A DNA stretch of 57,508 nt from a virus (lineage: Duplodnaviria; Caudoviricetes), in IMG/VR virus record IMGVR_UViG_3300020034_000016, positions 1 to 57,508 of that record. One strand, given 5' to 3'. A program made the translations under genes and the position numbers. Below, piece after piece: positions 27,451-36,234 of the stretch; within the stretch, counting starts at the first letter, position 1; every line of letters starts with the position of its first letter. The notes below the pieces were generated by a model, which was given only the letters and a program-made list of their open reading frames with translations, had not been told where the DNA came from and did no database searches.

Positions 27451-28628
27451 TGCCATTTGAACCACGATATTACCAAGCTGATGCCGTTGCTGCCAATCTG
27501 GAGTTTTTCGGAAGCAAGAAGATCTACAACGGTATTGACATCTGCCCTACCGGGTCCCGGAAGAGCTTGATTATAGCACTCACGGCCAAGGAGCTTTCGG
27601 GAAATACCATCGTCTTTCAACCATCGAAGGAGATCCTGGCGCAGAACTTTGAGAAGATTCTTTCTTATGGATATCGCGCATCCATCTATTCGGCCTCCGG
27701 TGGCATGAAGCATGTCGACAAGCTGACGTTTGCTACGATCGGTTCGGTTTACAAAAAGCCCCAGTTGTTTGGCAAGTTTAAAAACATCATCATCGATGAG
27801 TGCCACCTGGTCAATCCTGAAGAAGGCATGTATAGCAAGTTCCTGAAGGATCTTGGTAGCGCGAAGGTCCTGGGCTTAACAGCCACGCCGTACCGTCTTT
27901 CTCCTGCCTCCGGCGGTGCTATGCTGAAGTTCATTACCCGAACGACACCCCGGGTCTTTAATCAGGTCCTGTACAAAATTCAGAACGATACGCTCTTCAA
28001 TGAGGGCCACCTGGCGCCACTTCAGTATTTCGATATGCAAATGATCGATCGCGCAAAACTGGAGATGAACAAAGCCGGCACTGATTTCACCGAGGAAAGC
28101 ATCCGGGCGCAATACAAGGCGGTAGGAATGATCCAGCAGATGATCAACGTAGGCAACCGGATCCTAGCGAAGCGAAAGAATCTTCTAATCTTCTGTTCGC
28201 TCATCACTGAAGCGAATACCATAGCGGCTGGGATCGCGGGAGCGGTCGTGGTCACCGGTAAGACACCGCCGGAAGAGCGTCAGCGAATTCTTTCCAATTA
28301 CAAGAAGGGGCTCATCCGTTGCGTGATCAATGTAGGTGTACTGACGACTGGCTTCGATTACCCTGGTCTGGAGGCCGTGTTGATTGGAATATCCACCATG
28401 TCTCTTTCGCTGTTCTATCAGATCGCAGGCAGAGTCATGCGCCCTTTCACCTATCCTGATGGAACGAAGAAGACTGGATGGGTAGTGGACATGGGTGGCA
28501 ATCTCAATGTATTCGGAAAGATAGAGACCATGCAGATCGAGAGGGATAACAAAGGCCACTACTTTATTTCAAATGTCGTCAACGGCGCATGGCGCCCATT
28601 AACTAACGTAATCTTTTCAAAAAACTAA
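27450..28628 (+). CDS. SF2 DEAD/DEAH-box helicase (RadD/YejH-like)
   Basis: PRYYQ, PTGSRKS (variant Walker A), DECH, GLTATP, LTTGFD, QIAGRVMR. Confidence 0.88.
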   Translation: MPFEPRYYQADAVAANLEFFGSKKIYNGIDICPTGSRKSLIIALTAKELSGNTIVFQPSKEILAQNFEKILSYGYRASIYSASGGMKHVDKLTFATIGSVYKKPQLFGKFKNIIIDECHLVNPEEGMYSKFLKDLGSAKVLGLTATPYRLSPASGGAMLKFITRTTPRVFNQVLYKIQNDTLFNEGHLAPLQYFDMQMIDRAKLEMNKAGTDFTEESIRAQYKAVGMIQQMINVGNRILAKRKNLLIFCSLITEANTIAAGIAGAVVVTGKTPPEERQRILSNYKKGLIRCVINVGVLTTGFDYPGLEAVLIGISTMSLSLFYQIAGRVMRPFTYPDGTKKTGWVVDMGGNLNVFGKIETMQIERDNKGHYFISNVVNGAWRPLTNVIFSKN

Positions 28629-28630
28629 AT

Positions 28631-29128
28631 ATGGAACCAGTACCAGTACAACTATCAAAAAACGACATCATCGCTATCTACCAGGAATCAACCCCTGCAG
28701 GCAAGGAAAAGCTGGAGGAAAAATTCGGCCGAAAAACCTTCAATCGAAATATCAACATAGCGGATCGAATATGGACTGTCGACGATGCCTGCGTGGAAAC
28801 CGGCCGTCCGATAGAAGAGGTCAGGCCCTTTGCTAATCCCTCTAACGCCTTCCAGGATTGGCTGAATGCCTGCGGTGAGATGGCAGTGTTGATAGAGGCA
28901 TTCAACGAAGGAAAGGTTCCTGACTGGGCTGACCCCAAACAGAAAAAATATATAGCCTGGTGGGATATGCGCCCTGAATCCGGCTTCGGGCTGTCGTTTC
29001 GCGATGTCGACTTCGTTAACTCGCGTACGTGCGTCGCGTCCCGCCTTCATCTTTTAAAAGAAGATCATCACAAACTCATCGCTGAACGTTTCCCGGATAT
29101 CTGCAAACGCTATATGACCAAGCGCTAA
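28631..29128 (+). CDS. DGR target protein 1
   Basis: Contains VR1, encoding SGFGLSFRDVDFVNSRTCVASRL. Confidence 0.88.
   Translation: MEPVPVQLSKNDIIAIYQESTPAGKEKLEEKFGRKTFNRNINIADRIWTVDDACVETGRPIEEVRPFANPSNAFQDWLNACGEMAVLIEAFNEGKVPDWADPKQKKYIAWWDMRPESGFGLSFRDVDFVNSRTCVASRLHLLKEDHHKLIAERFPDICKRYMTKR
28979..29047 (+). repeat. DGR variable repeat VR1
   Basis: 69-bp ungapped match to the TR; 13 mismatches, 12 at TR adenines and one synonymous C>T. Confidence 0.93.
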
Positions 29129-29160
29129 ACAATCATTTCATCATTATCAAAATACACACA

Positions 29161-29565
29161 ATGTTTAATTACAAAACTATCACCAGCTATGAGGCGGCCT
29201 GTGCCGACCAGGAACGCGATCCTTTGGCTGAACCTGATTACTCCAAGTGTGGACTGGCACCTGCGCAGGAGCAGTATCACCGGTCGTCCTTCCGGTGGGA
29301 TATTATCCGCACTTCAGTGAATAAGGACAAAGAAGGCAATTTGTGGAAGCCCACACCAACAGAGCGCAGGTACTATTTCTGGGCCTGGATAAACCCTGAT
29401 GCTAACAAGCGTTCCGGCTTCGGGCTGTCGTTCGTCGATGTCAACTTCGATGACTCGATTTCGGGCGTCGCGTCCCGCCTTCAATTTCGGGACGAGCCCC
29501 GAACCAAGTTCATGTTCGACACATTCCCGGATCTCTGTGAGGATATTTATATCCCGCAGGAATGA
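29161..29565 (+). CDS. DGR target protein 2 (distant paralog of target 1)
   Basis: Contains VR2, encoding SGFGLSFVDVNFDDSISGVASRL. Confidence 0.88.
   Translation: MFNYKTITSYEAACADQERDPLAEPDYSKCGLAPAQEQYHRSSFRWDIIRTSVNKDKEGNLWKPTPTERRYYFWAWINPDANKRSGFGLSFVDVNFDDSISGVASRLQFRDEPRTKFMFDTFPDLCEDIYIPQE
29413..29481 (+). repeat. DGR variable repeat VR2
   Basis: 69-bp ungapped match to the TR; 11 mismatches, all at TR adenines. Confidence 0.94.
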
Positions 29566-29602
29566 CCGATAACAGGCTGTGCACTGTCAAAAGCGTGACT
29601 CT

Positions 29603-29671
29603 TCCGGCTTCAGGCTGTCGTTCAACGATGTCAACTACGATAACTCGAATACGAACGTCGCGTCCCGACTA
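29603..29671 (+). repeat. DGR template repeat (TR)
   Basis: TCCGGCTTCAGGCTGTCGTTCAACGATGTCAACTACGATAACTCGAATACGAACGTCGCGTCCCGACTA; five AAY codons; lies between the targets and the RT. Confidence 0.94.
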
Positions 29672-29774
29672 TGCGAATCTCACGATAGTGCAGGCCTTGC
29701 CCACATGGCAAAAAATGATTCATCTAATTGGGGCTGTGGTACCGAAAGGGAAGCAGACCCATGAAAGCAAAGGC
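29672..29774 (+). ncRNA. Structured 3' spacer of the DGR template RNA
   Basis: Hairpins TTGCC-CACAT-GGCAA and CC-GAAA-GG (GNRA loop) between the TR and the RT start. Confidence 0.5.
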
Positions 29775-31001
29775 ATGAAACGAAAAGGTAATTTATTCGC
29801 TCAAGTTTGCACCCTGGAGAACCTCCAGCAAGCGGACGCCATTGCGCGGATCGGGAAGAAGCACCGATCCGATATACGGGCCTTTGACAGGAACCGAGAT
29901 GAAAACCTGCTGGAGCTGCGCGACATGCTTTTGTACAACGAATATTCTACGTCTCCCTATACTCTGAAAACAATCAGGGACCCTAAAGAGCGGATTATAT
30001 GCAAGCTCCCCTACTACCCGGACGGAATCGTTCATCATGCGATCATGATTCCGCTGGAGCAGATCCTGGTGTCTTCCTTTACCACGAACTCGTATGCTTC
30101 CATCAAGGGGAAAGGTGTTAAGGCCTTTTGCGATGACCTGGAGAGAGCCCTGCGCGATCAAGCCGGAACGCAGTACTGTCTGAAGATCGATGTAAAGAAG
30201 TTTTATCAGAACATCGACCACACGATCCTGAAATTCAAGCTGCGTCGAAAAATCAAGGACCCGGATCTTTTGGGGCTGATAGACGAGATCATTGACAGTG
30301 CTCCCGGCTTACCGATCGGTAACCATCTCAGCGGCTTCTTTGCGAATCTATACCTGAATGGCCTTGATCATTTTCTAAAAGAAGTCGTCGGCGTCCAATA
30401 CTACTTCCGGTATATGGATGATATCATTATCCCGGCTGCCACCAAGCCGCAGCTCCATCAGCTGCGCGTCATCATCCAAGAATACCTGGCCACCCATCTA
30501 AAACTGGAACTGAAATCGAACTACCAGGTATTCCCAGTGTCCAATGGAATTGACGTTGTGGGCTACGTTTTCTACCATACCCACCGGCGCCTTCGCAAGC
30601 GAACCAAGAAGCGTTTTGCCCGCAGTGTTGCCCGCAACCCCAATTCCAGATCCATTCCCTCCTATTACGGTTTGGCAAAGCACGCGAACTGCAACCATCT
30701 CTTAAAAAAACTGCTATATGACAACAACAAGTTTCAAGGATTTAAACATAAAGGCAAAGACAAAAGGCTTTGTCGGACCAAAGATCGAAATGGAAGATAT
30801 AATGGGCAAGGAGATCGAAGTGCTGGATTTCAAGATCGGGCCATCCAAATTCCCGGAGAAATACGAGATATGCCTCAGCCTCCAGATAAAATTCGAAGAC
30901 TTACTGAGAGTTGCCTTCTCTTCCTCGAAGGTATTGGCAGAGATGATTCAGCAGGTTCCGAAAGAAAAATTTCCAGTCAAAACAACAATCGTGAGGCGTA
31001 A
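29775..31001 (+). CDS. DGR reverse transcriptase
   Basis: Start MKRKGNLF; motifs PKERII, YCLKIDVKKFY, GLPIGNHLS, YFRYMDD, GIDVVGY; adjacent TR and VRs. Confidence 0.95.
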   Translation: MKRKGNLFAQVCTLENLQQADAIARIGKKHRSDIRAFDRNRDENLLELRDMLLYNEYSTSPYTLKTIRDPKERIICKLPYYPDGIVHHAIMIPLEQILVSSFTTNSYASIKGKGVKAFCDDLERALRDQAGTQYCLKIDVKKFYQNIDHTILKFKLRRKIKDPDLLGLIDEIIDSAPGLPIGNHLSGFFANLYLNGLDHFLKEVVGVQYYFRYMDDIIIPAATKPQLHQLRVIIQEYLATHLKLELKSNYQVFPVSNGIDVVGYVFYHTHRRLRKRTKKRFARSVARNPNSRSIPSYYGLAKHANCNHLLKKLLYDNNKFQGFKHKGKDKRLCRTKDRNGRYNGQGDRSAGFQDRAIQIPGEIRDMPQPPDKIRRLTESCLLFLEGIGRDDSAGSERKISSQNNNREA

Positions 31002-31029
31002 GGAAACTAAGCGCCATGAATTCACTTAA
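30718..31029 (+). CDS. Small protein overlapping the RT 3' end, candidate DGR accessory factor
   Basis: 103-aa beta-rich ORF starting where the RT core ends; not the helical Avd pattern. Confidence 0.7.
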   Translation: MTTTSFKDLNIKAKTKGFVGPKIEMEDIMGKEIEVLDFKIGPSKFPEKYEICLSLQIKFEDLLRVAFSSSKVLAEMIQQVPKEKFPVKTTIVRRKETKRHEFT

Positions 31030-31050
31030 AAACCAACTTTCAAAATCAAC

Positions 31051-31320
31051 ATGGCCACAAAGATTACTACCATATTCACGGACGATACAACGCCCCGGCG
31101 ATATATATCCGCTACGAGCCGGCGCTCAAATGTCACGGATGCAAATCTACTGGCTGAGCTGACATCCAACCCGAATGAGGCCCATGACTTCGGTACCGCG
31201 GACAATGCCAGGGCGATCATTCCCAGGCTGCACAATCCGTATGACCGGAAATACCAGCACGAGAGGATCTGCGTAGATCGCCCGGCAACATCTATTGACG
31301 AATCTTATGAATTGAAATAA
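31051..31320 (+). CDS. Hypothetical protein
   Basis: 89-aa ORF with A-rich leader. Confidence 0.6.
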   Translation: MATKITTIFTDDTTPRRYISATSRRSNVTDANLLAELTSNPNEAHDFGTADNARAIIPRLHNPYDRKYQHERICVDRPATSIDESYELK

Positions 31321-31321
31321 C

Positions 31322-31690
31322 ATGACAGCGCCACAAAAAGCACTCATTATTAAACTGCTCTCGGGATGCTATCTCAAGAAGAGCACACTGAGCACTGGCG
31401 CTAAGAGCTATCGGTTATACGATGGGCGGGGTAATGTACTCTTACGTCTGCACGCTCGAACGGTGGACTCGATCGACCGGTTCATCGATCCGAAGATCAA
31501 GATCTGGAAGCACACCCCGGATGGGAGGATTACGCTGAACCTCTGGATGGTTCGTCGCCTGCATGGAAAATGCCTGATCAAGAGAATGTACAAGACAAGG
31601 GAAGCGCTGCAGGATCCCTTCAATATTTATAAACCAAGAAAGAAAACATCAAAACCTCAGTCGAATGAAAAAGTTCAGTATCTCTTCTGA
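31322..31690 (+). CDS. Hypothetical basic protein
   Basis: 122-aa ORF. Confidence 0.6.
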   Translation: MTAPQKALIIKLLSGCYLKKSTLSTGAKSYRLYDGRGNVLLRLHARTVDSIDRFIDPKIKIWKHTPDGRITLNLWMVRRLHGKCLIKRMYKTREALQDPFNIYKPRKKTSKPQSNEKVQYLF

Positions 31691-32753
31691 CCAGGTAAAG
31701 AAGGCTTTTAAGAAGCTCTCCCTGGCTATAATTGCGAATCCCATTTTGCCTGCCTTGTCCAATGTATTGGTACGGGTGACCAAAGGACAGGTGGAGTTCA
31801 TCACATCTAATAATGATCTCACCATCAGCGAAAAGTGCGAGGCGAATGCGGCCGAGGAGTTTGATCTGCTTCTTCCCTTTGAGGACGTTTATAAGTATGT
31901 CGGCCTGTTGAAATCGGTCACCATGGTCATCGAGCACCCTTCGGCACGTAAAGCACGGTTCAGTGGGGATAATGACGTTTATGAATTTAACAGCCTGGTG
32001 AAGGTAGAGGACTTCGCCAAGATACCCTCCGTACCGAAAGGGAATGCCTTACACCTGGATGAATCCTTTGTAGGGTGGCTATCGAAGGCAATGGAAACGA
32101 CCAGCAAGAAGGAGGACGACAAGGCCCTCACGCGGGCCTGCCTCGATATCACGCCGAAGGGTATCTTCCTGGTCAGTACCGATTCGTATTTTCTCTTCAA
32201 AAGAAAGTTGGAAGGCGAGTCAAAGATTGCTGATCAGCTGCACTTCTCTCATCGACTGGCGGCTGCGCTGCAGGGATCAAAGGAACTCGAGGTGTCCTGG
32301 TCAAAGAATATGCTCTGCTTCCAAAGCGGCACAACGACCATATGGGCTAAGAGGTATGAAGATAAATATCCCAACTACAATTCGATCCTGCCGGATTATG
32401 AATCAAATCTGGTGCTCGATCGCGCAGCGTTTATGCATGCGCTCGATAAAATGTGTCTCTCCAGCCTGGCCACCAGACAAACCACGTTCAGCCTGAAGGA
32501 AACGGTGGGCAGTATTCAGTTGGTGACGGACGACCCGGACTACCAGCGCAAGCTCAAGGCTACGGTTCAGGGTGCCTATGAAGGACCTGTGGCTGTAATC
32601 TCTCTCAATGCAAAGCGGCTGCTCACGATCATGCACCAGGTAGACCATGATACTATCCGTCTTCACATTCACGATAAGACGAAGGCCGTCCTGGTATCCA
32701 CGGAGGAGGATCCTGCTTACATCGGTCTCATCATGCCACTTAAACTCGATTAA
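31665..32753 (+). CDS. dnaN: DNA polymerase III beta sliding clamp homolog
   Basis: 362 aa; PILPALSNVL, VSTDS, KYPNY, C-terminal GLIMPLKL. Confidence 0.85.
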   Translation: MKKFSISSDQVKKAFKKLSLAIIANPILPALSNVLVRVTKGQVEFITSNNDLTISEKCEANAAEEFDLLLPFEDVYKYVGLLKSVTMVIEHPSARKARFSGDNDVYEFNSLVKVEDFAKIPSVPKGNALHLDESFVGWLSKAMETTSKKEDDKALTRACLDITPKGIFLVSTDSYFLFKRKLEGESKIADQLHFSHRLAAALQGSKELEVSWSKNMLCFQSGTTTIWAKRYEDKYPNYNSILPDYESNLVLDRAAFMHALDKMCLSSLATRQTTFSLKETVGSIQLVTDDPDYQRKLKATVQGAYEGPVAVISLNAKRLLTIMHQVDHDTIRLHIHDKTKAVLVSTEEDPAYIGLIMPLKLD

Positions 32754-32756
32754 ACT

Positions 32757-33773
32757 ATGAAGAGCAAAAGCACTACCCCCGACACGATGAACTTCCTGAG
32801 AGAATGGAAGGGATATAAGATATACGACAAGGTCAGTGACGATGGATCGTTGACGGAAAAGAAAGCTGTGGTGTTTTCGCCGGCCGATGACCATCTCACA
32901 ACACCACTCTTTTATTTTTTCTATAGTACGGAAGAGCCGGCTTCTTTGAATAAAAGTATCGAGCAGTGTAAATCGTGGATCGACAATCTTAAGAGATGTC
33001 GGAGCTGCGGCTGCACGGAACATGACTGCCGGCAGTGTATCGAAAAGACTGGGCTTCCCTGCACCTGGGTGGAGGATGATCTCTGCTCTGCCTGCAAGGT
33101 TGAACCGGTGGTTACCGTAGTCGATTCCCGGGCCGCCAGTATGCCGGATGAGAACCTCCTGGAGGACACTGCGGTGCCTCTTGAAGAGGAGGCTGGCCAA
33201 CAGGCACAGGACCTCACCGCTGATGAACCTGATTTTTTTAGACGTCTGGCATCACTCGGCGGAGTGGATATCCTGATCAGGATCTTCCAGAAGAATGGAA
33301 AGCTTACAGTCAGTGTAAAACCAGGATCGATTGCCGGTGCCCTTCCCGCGATCACGACAAAGGACCCTGGCGATGTCACGGCTGAATTCTTTGACGCCAT
33401 TATGCCGATCGTGATGACTGCTCCACCACCATTGGCACAGCAGGAGGTCTTTCCGGAGAATCCCGCTGTTGCCCCGATCGTAAGGACGTCAGTAACCCGT
33501 GTCAAAAAGAAGGTCAAGAAGAGCGCACCGACTGTGAAAAAGACAACCGACAAAAAGGTTGCTAAGTCGAATATAAAGAAGGTCTCCCCACCAAAGAAGA
33601 GGTCTCTTAAGCGCCTGCCGCCAAAAAAGAAACCGGTTGTTAAGGAGAAGATAAAGACCCCAAAGGCTAAACCGGCGCCGAAGCTTCCAAAGGTCAAGGC
33701 GGTTAAACCGGAAAAGCCGAAGGTCAAGCCCTCCCTGGCGCCACCAGTCACCGAAGTCTCACTATTTGGATAA
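32757..33773 (+). CDS. PRTRC protein E-like domain fused to a Cys-rich zinc finger and a Lys/Pro-rich tail
   Basis: CRSCGCTEHDCRQC...CTW...CSAC; FFRRL...KLTVSVKP...EFFDAI; histone-like K-rich tail ending SLFG. Confidence 0.65.
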   Translation: MKSKSTTPDTMNFLREWKGYKIYDKVSDDGSLTEKKAVVFSPADDHLTTPLFYFFYSTEEPASLNKSIEQCKSWIDNLKRCRSCGCTEHDCRQCIEKTGLPCTWVEDDLCSACKVEPVVTVVDSRAASMPDENLLEDTAVPLEEEAGQQAQDLTADEPDFFRRLASLGGVDILIRIFQKNGKLTVSVKPGSIAGALPAITTKDPGDVTAEFFDAIMPIVMTAPPPLAQQEVFPENPAVAPIVRTSVTRVKKKVKKSAPTVKKTTDKKVAKSNIKKVSPPKKRSLKRLPPKKKPVVKEKIKTPKAKPAPKLPKVKAVKPEKPKVKPSLAPPVTEVSLFG

Positions 33774-33802
33774 CCCATTAATTAATCAATAAAACACTTT
33801 TT

Positions 33803-34021
33803 ATGTCAGAAGTAATCACACCCATCCGAGAATTCAAATTCAAAAAGAACGGCGAGATCGTAACTCTCCCCGATCCAAACCCGGAATTCACCACCGAAGA
33901 ATGCCTCAGCTTTTACGGATCACAGTACCCTGAGCTGACAACTGCGACAGTGGATGAGCCGCGGGTTGAGGGAAAGAAGGCAACCTACAACGTAAAAACA
34001 ACAGTGGGGACGAAAGGATGA
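33803..34021 (+). CDS. PRTRC protein C (prokaryotic ubiquitin-like protein)
   Basis: REFKF...LPDPNP...FYGSQYPELTTA...VGTKG C-terminus. Confidence 0.9.
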   Translation: MSEVITPIREFKFKKNGEIVTLPDPNPEFTTEECLSFYGSQYPELTTATVDEPRVEGKKATYNVKTTVGTKG

Positions 34022-34263
34022 ACTGTGTATCCTGTCATAAAATTCTGGATACCGAGACTCCACTGCGAGATGGTGCAAAACCTGTACCCGGGTCAGTAAG
34101 CATTTGTTTTTATTGCGGAACACTGTATTTCTTCAAAAAAGATCTGAGTCTCCGCAAAATGACTGAATGCGAATTGGCGGACTTAAAAAAGGTCGCGCCT
34201 GAAGCCTACCATCAGGTGAGGACCGCTCAACGCTATATCCAGGAACGCATTCAAAAGCAGTAA
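34018..34263 (+). CDS. Zinc-ribbon protein
   Basis: CVSC and CFYC pairs. Confidence 0.65.
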   Translation: MNCVSCHKILDTETPLRDGAKPVPGSVSICFYCGTLYFFKKDLSLRKMTECELADLKKVAPEAYHQVRTAQRYIQERIQKQ

Positions 34264-34285
34264 TGAAAAAGAAAAAAGCTAAACC

Positions 34286-35506
34286 ATGCCCAAAACTAAG
34301 TCCCGAAGAACTTCACGATCGCCTCGGCCGCGTGTTGATCAAAGAAATAAACCGGCCGATGATGGACGCACGCGACGCGAGGGAAGCGATCCGCATTCTT
34401 CCGCCGTCATCAGCAATTCCGTTTTTGCCTTAACCCTCAAGGACAAGTCCTGGGGTAACCTGGCCGATACTATGTTAACAGAGGAAAAAGATAGTGAGGA
34501 GCTAGTGATGTACAAGGATCTGCTCGATTGCTATAACGTAGGTGCCGAGCTTTTGAAGATATCCCGGTCTTCGTTCACCAAAAGACCGGATACCGCCTCG
34601 GCAATATCAGAGATACTAAAGGCATTCAAAGAAAATATCTGCCCGAAGGGATTTGATTTGAATATCGATGAGCATTATAATAGTAAAAGGAAAAGGGTAG
34701 GCTATCATTTCACGATGTTTAAGGAATGCCAGTGTGGTAGTTGGTGGCATTTTTTTGAGATCAAGCCAATCGTAGAAGATTTACTCACCAGCAATCCACG
34801 GCTGCATGACCTGTTTATTGTCTTCCTCCGCTCGTTCATTTATCACTGTCATATTCCCAGCTGGTTCGACGGCTCGATGGATGCACATTACATCAATGGG
34901 AACTATGTGTATGAATTACGTCAGGTACTTAACAATCCCGAGCGACTGGATTCAGAGACATTGGAACGCGTACCCCTTGAGCAGGCGAAACAAAGACTGG
35001 CTGATCTGGAGACTACGATCGCTGAATACGAAACTGGAGTAGCCTGGCAATACCAGCAACAGATCATGAATGCGAAGAAGAAGACGCCAAAAGAATTGCT
35101 CCGGTTGTTAAAGAAATTTCCCGGGCAATCCAAGCTAGTTCAATTTATGAAGAAGGCCTGTGAAGTAATGACGATACCTGTGGGGGTTGCCGACTTCTGC
35201 TACCATATGGGAGATGGCGAGGAGTATGAAGGTCTCCGCTATGATCAGCAAGTAACCATTATCTGGGATTGGCAGGACCACCTTTTAGGTACCCAGGCAA
35301 ATATTATTGATGATATGGCCAGGGGCTGTGAAGTGTTCTTCCCCACTCTTTGTGCCCGCATTATGCCGGGCACAAAGAGTGGCCTTGATCTGAAAAGATT
35401 CGCAGCCTGTGTAGACTGGCCACAGAGGCTGACAGAGATCACCCGGCTCTATCAAAATATTACTTCCCGATTTAATAATTACGATAAAGGACGAAACCTA
35501 TTATGA
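34286..35506 (+). CDS. PRTRC cassette protein in the position of protein F
   Basis: 406-aa ORF between the Ubl and E2 genes; assignment by synteny only. Confidence 0.5.
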   Translation: MPKTKSRRTSRSPRPRVDQRNKPADDGRTRREGSDPHSSAVISNSVFALTLKDKSWGNLADTMLTEEKDSEELVMYKDLLDCYNVGAELLKISRSSFTKRPDTASAISEILKAFKENICPKGFDLNIDEHYNSKRKRVGYHFTMFKECQCGSWWHFFEIKPIVEDLLTSNPRLHDLFIVFLRSFIYHCHIPSWFDGSMDAHYINGNYVYELRQVLNNPERLDSETLERVPLEQAKQRLADLETTIAEYETGVAWQYQQQIMNAKKKTPKELLRLLKKFPGQSKLVQFMKKACEVMTIPVGVADFCYHMGDGEEYEGLRYDQQVTIIWDWQDHLLGTQANIIDDMARGCEVFFPTLCARIMPGTKSGLDLKRFAACVDWPQRLTEITRLYQNITSRFNNYDKGRNLL

Positions 35507-36234
35507 ACGAACGCACCGAACTACTCGAGAAGAAATTTAAGCCCCGGCTAGCCATAATGGTTTACAAATCTGAACAGACGATGGGTCATCCAGATCATTA
35601 TCATCTGGAAAGTCACCAAATAAATGAAGCTGGTCAGATCCTGGAAGGAAAGCCTTTACTGCACGAAACGATTGCCGGCATGGTATCGATATTCCACGAT
35701 CAGAATCGCGATCGCTCGATCCTCTGCGGGGCGATTCCAGACAACCTCCTCTTTTACCGGCCCAACCCCGGAACACAATACAATCTAGCCTGGTACCGGC
35801 CAGCAGAGCTTCGCTACCACCACTTCGCTGATCAGCTCAGGATAAAGTCCGGAAGGATTTGGACACCGCCCCTCCTCTACCTGGTGGAGAACGGCGAACT
35901 GTACGTATTTGCCATGAAGAAGGATGATCGGCCTACGGAGAAAACCAAACTTTTCCGGTCACCTTATCACAACGTATCGGAGAACGGCAAGGTCTGTCTT
36001 GGAAATGCCAAAGTCCGCAAGCCTATTGATAAAAATTTCATCAGCACGATCAAATACTGGGAGGACTTGTTTTGGTTGAGCGAGTTCTCGCATCTCAATG
36101 GCGCTACGACGCCAACGAAGTCCGAGCTGAAGGACATCTACACGAAACTGGTGAACAGTAAGGAGAAGGTAAAGTGGTCAGACCTGCAGGAATTAAAAGA
36201 ATCAAAACGCCTCATCAAAAATATCATTCAATGA
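35503..36234 (+). CDS. PRTRC protein B (prokaryotic E2, family D)
   Basis: AWYRPA, PPLLY, LFRSPYHNVSENGKVCLG (catalytic Cys), WEDLFWLSEFSH. Confidence 0.9.
   Translation: MNERTELLEKKFKPRLAIMVYKSEQTMGHPDHYHLESHQINEAGQILEGKPLLHETIAGMVSIFHDQNRDRSILCGAIPDNLLFYRPNPGTQYNLAWYRPAELRYHHFADQLRIKSGRIWTPPLLYLVENGELYVFAMKKDDRPTEKTKLFRSPYHNVSENGKVCLGNAKVRKPIDKNFISTIKYWEDLFWLSEFSHLNGATTPTKSELKDIYTKLVNSKEKVKWSDLQELKESKRLIKNIIQ

Noticed and set aside
29562-29774. 71-aa N-terminal extension of the RT in the ORF track, and the 61-aa ORF at 29579
   Set aside because: Both run through the TR and spacer RNA. The RT-like sequence begins at ATG29775, and the TR frame is open only because it mirrors the VR codons.
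29775-31001. Group II intron, retron or Abi interpretation of the RT
   Set aside because: The adenine-specific TR/VR pairs and the LPIGN..S/YMDD signature point to a DGR; no maturase/endonuclease domain or intron ends were seen.
32921-33778. 285-aa minus-strand ORF and similar long antisense ORFs (e.g. 32403..33200, 48739..49386, 3563..4174)
   Set aside because: They are shadows of well-supported plus-strand genes and have no motifs of their own.
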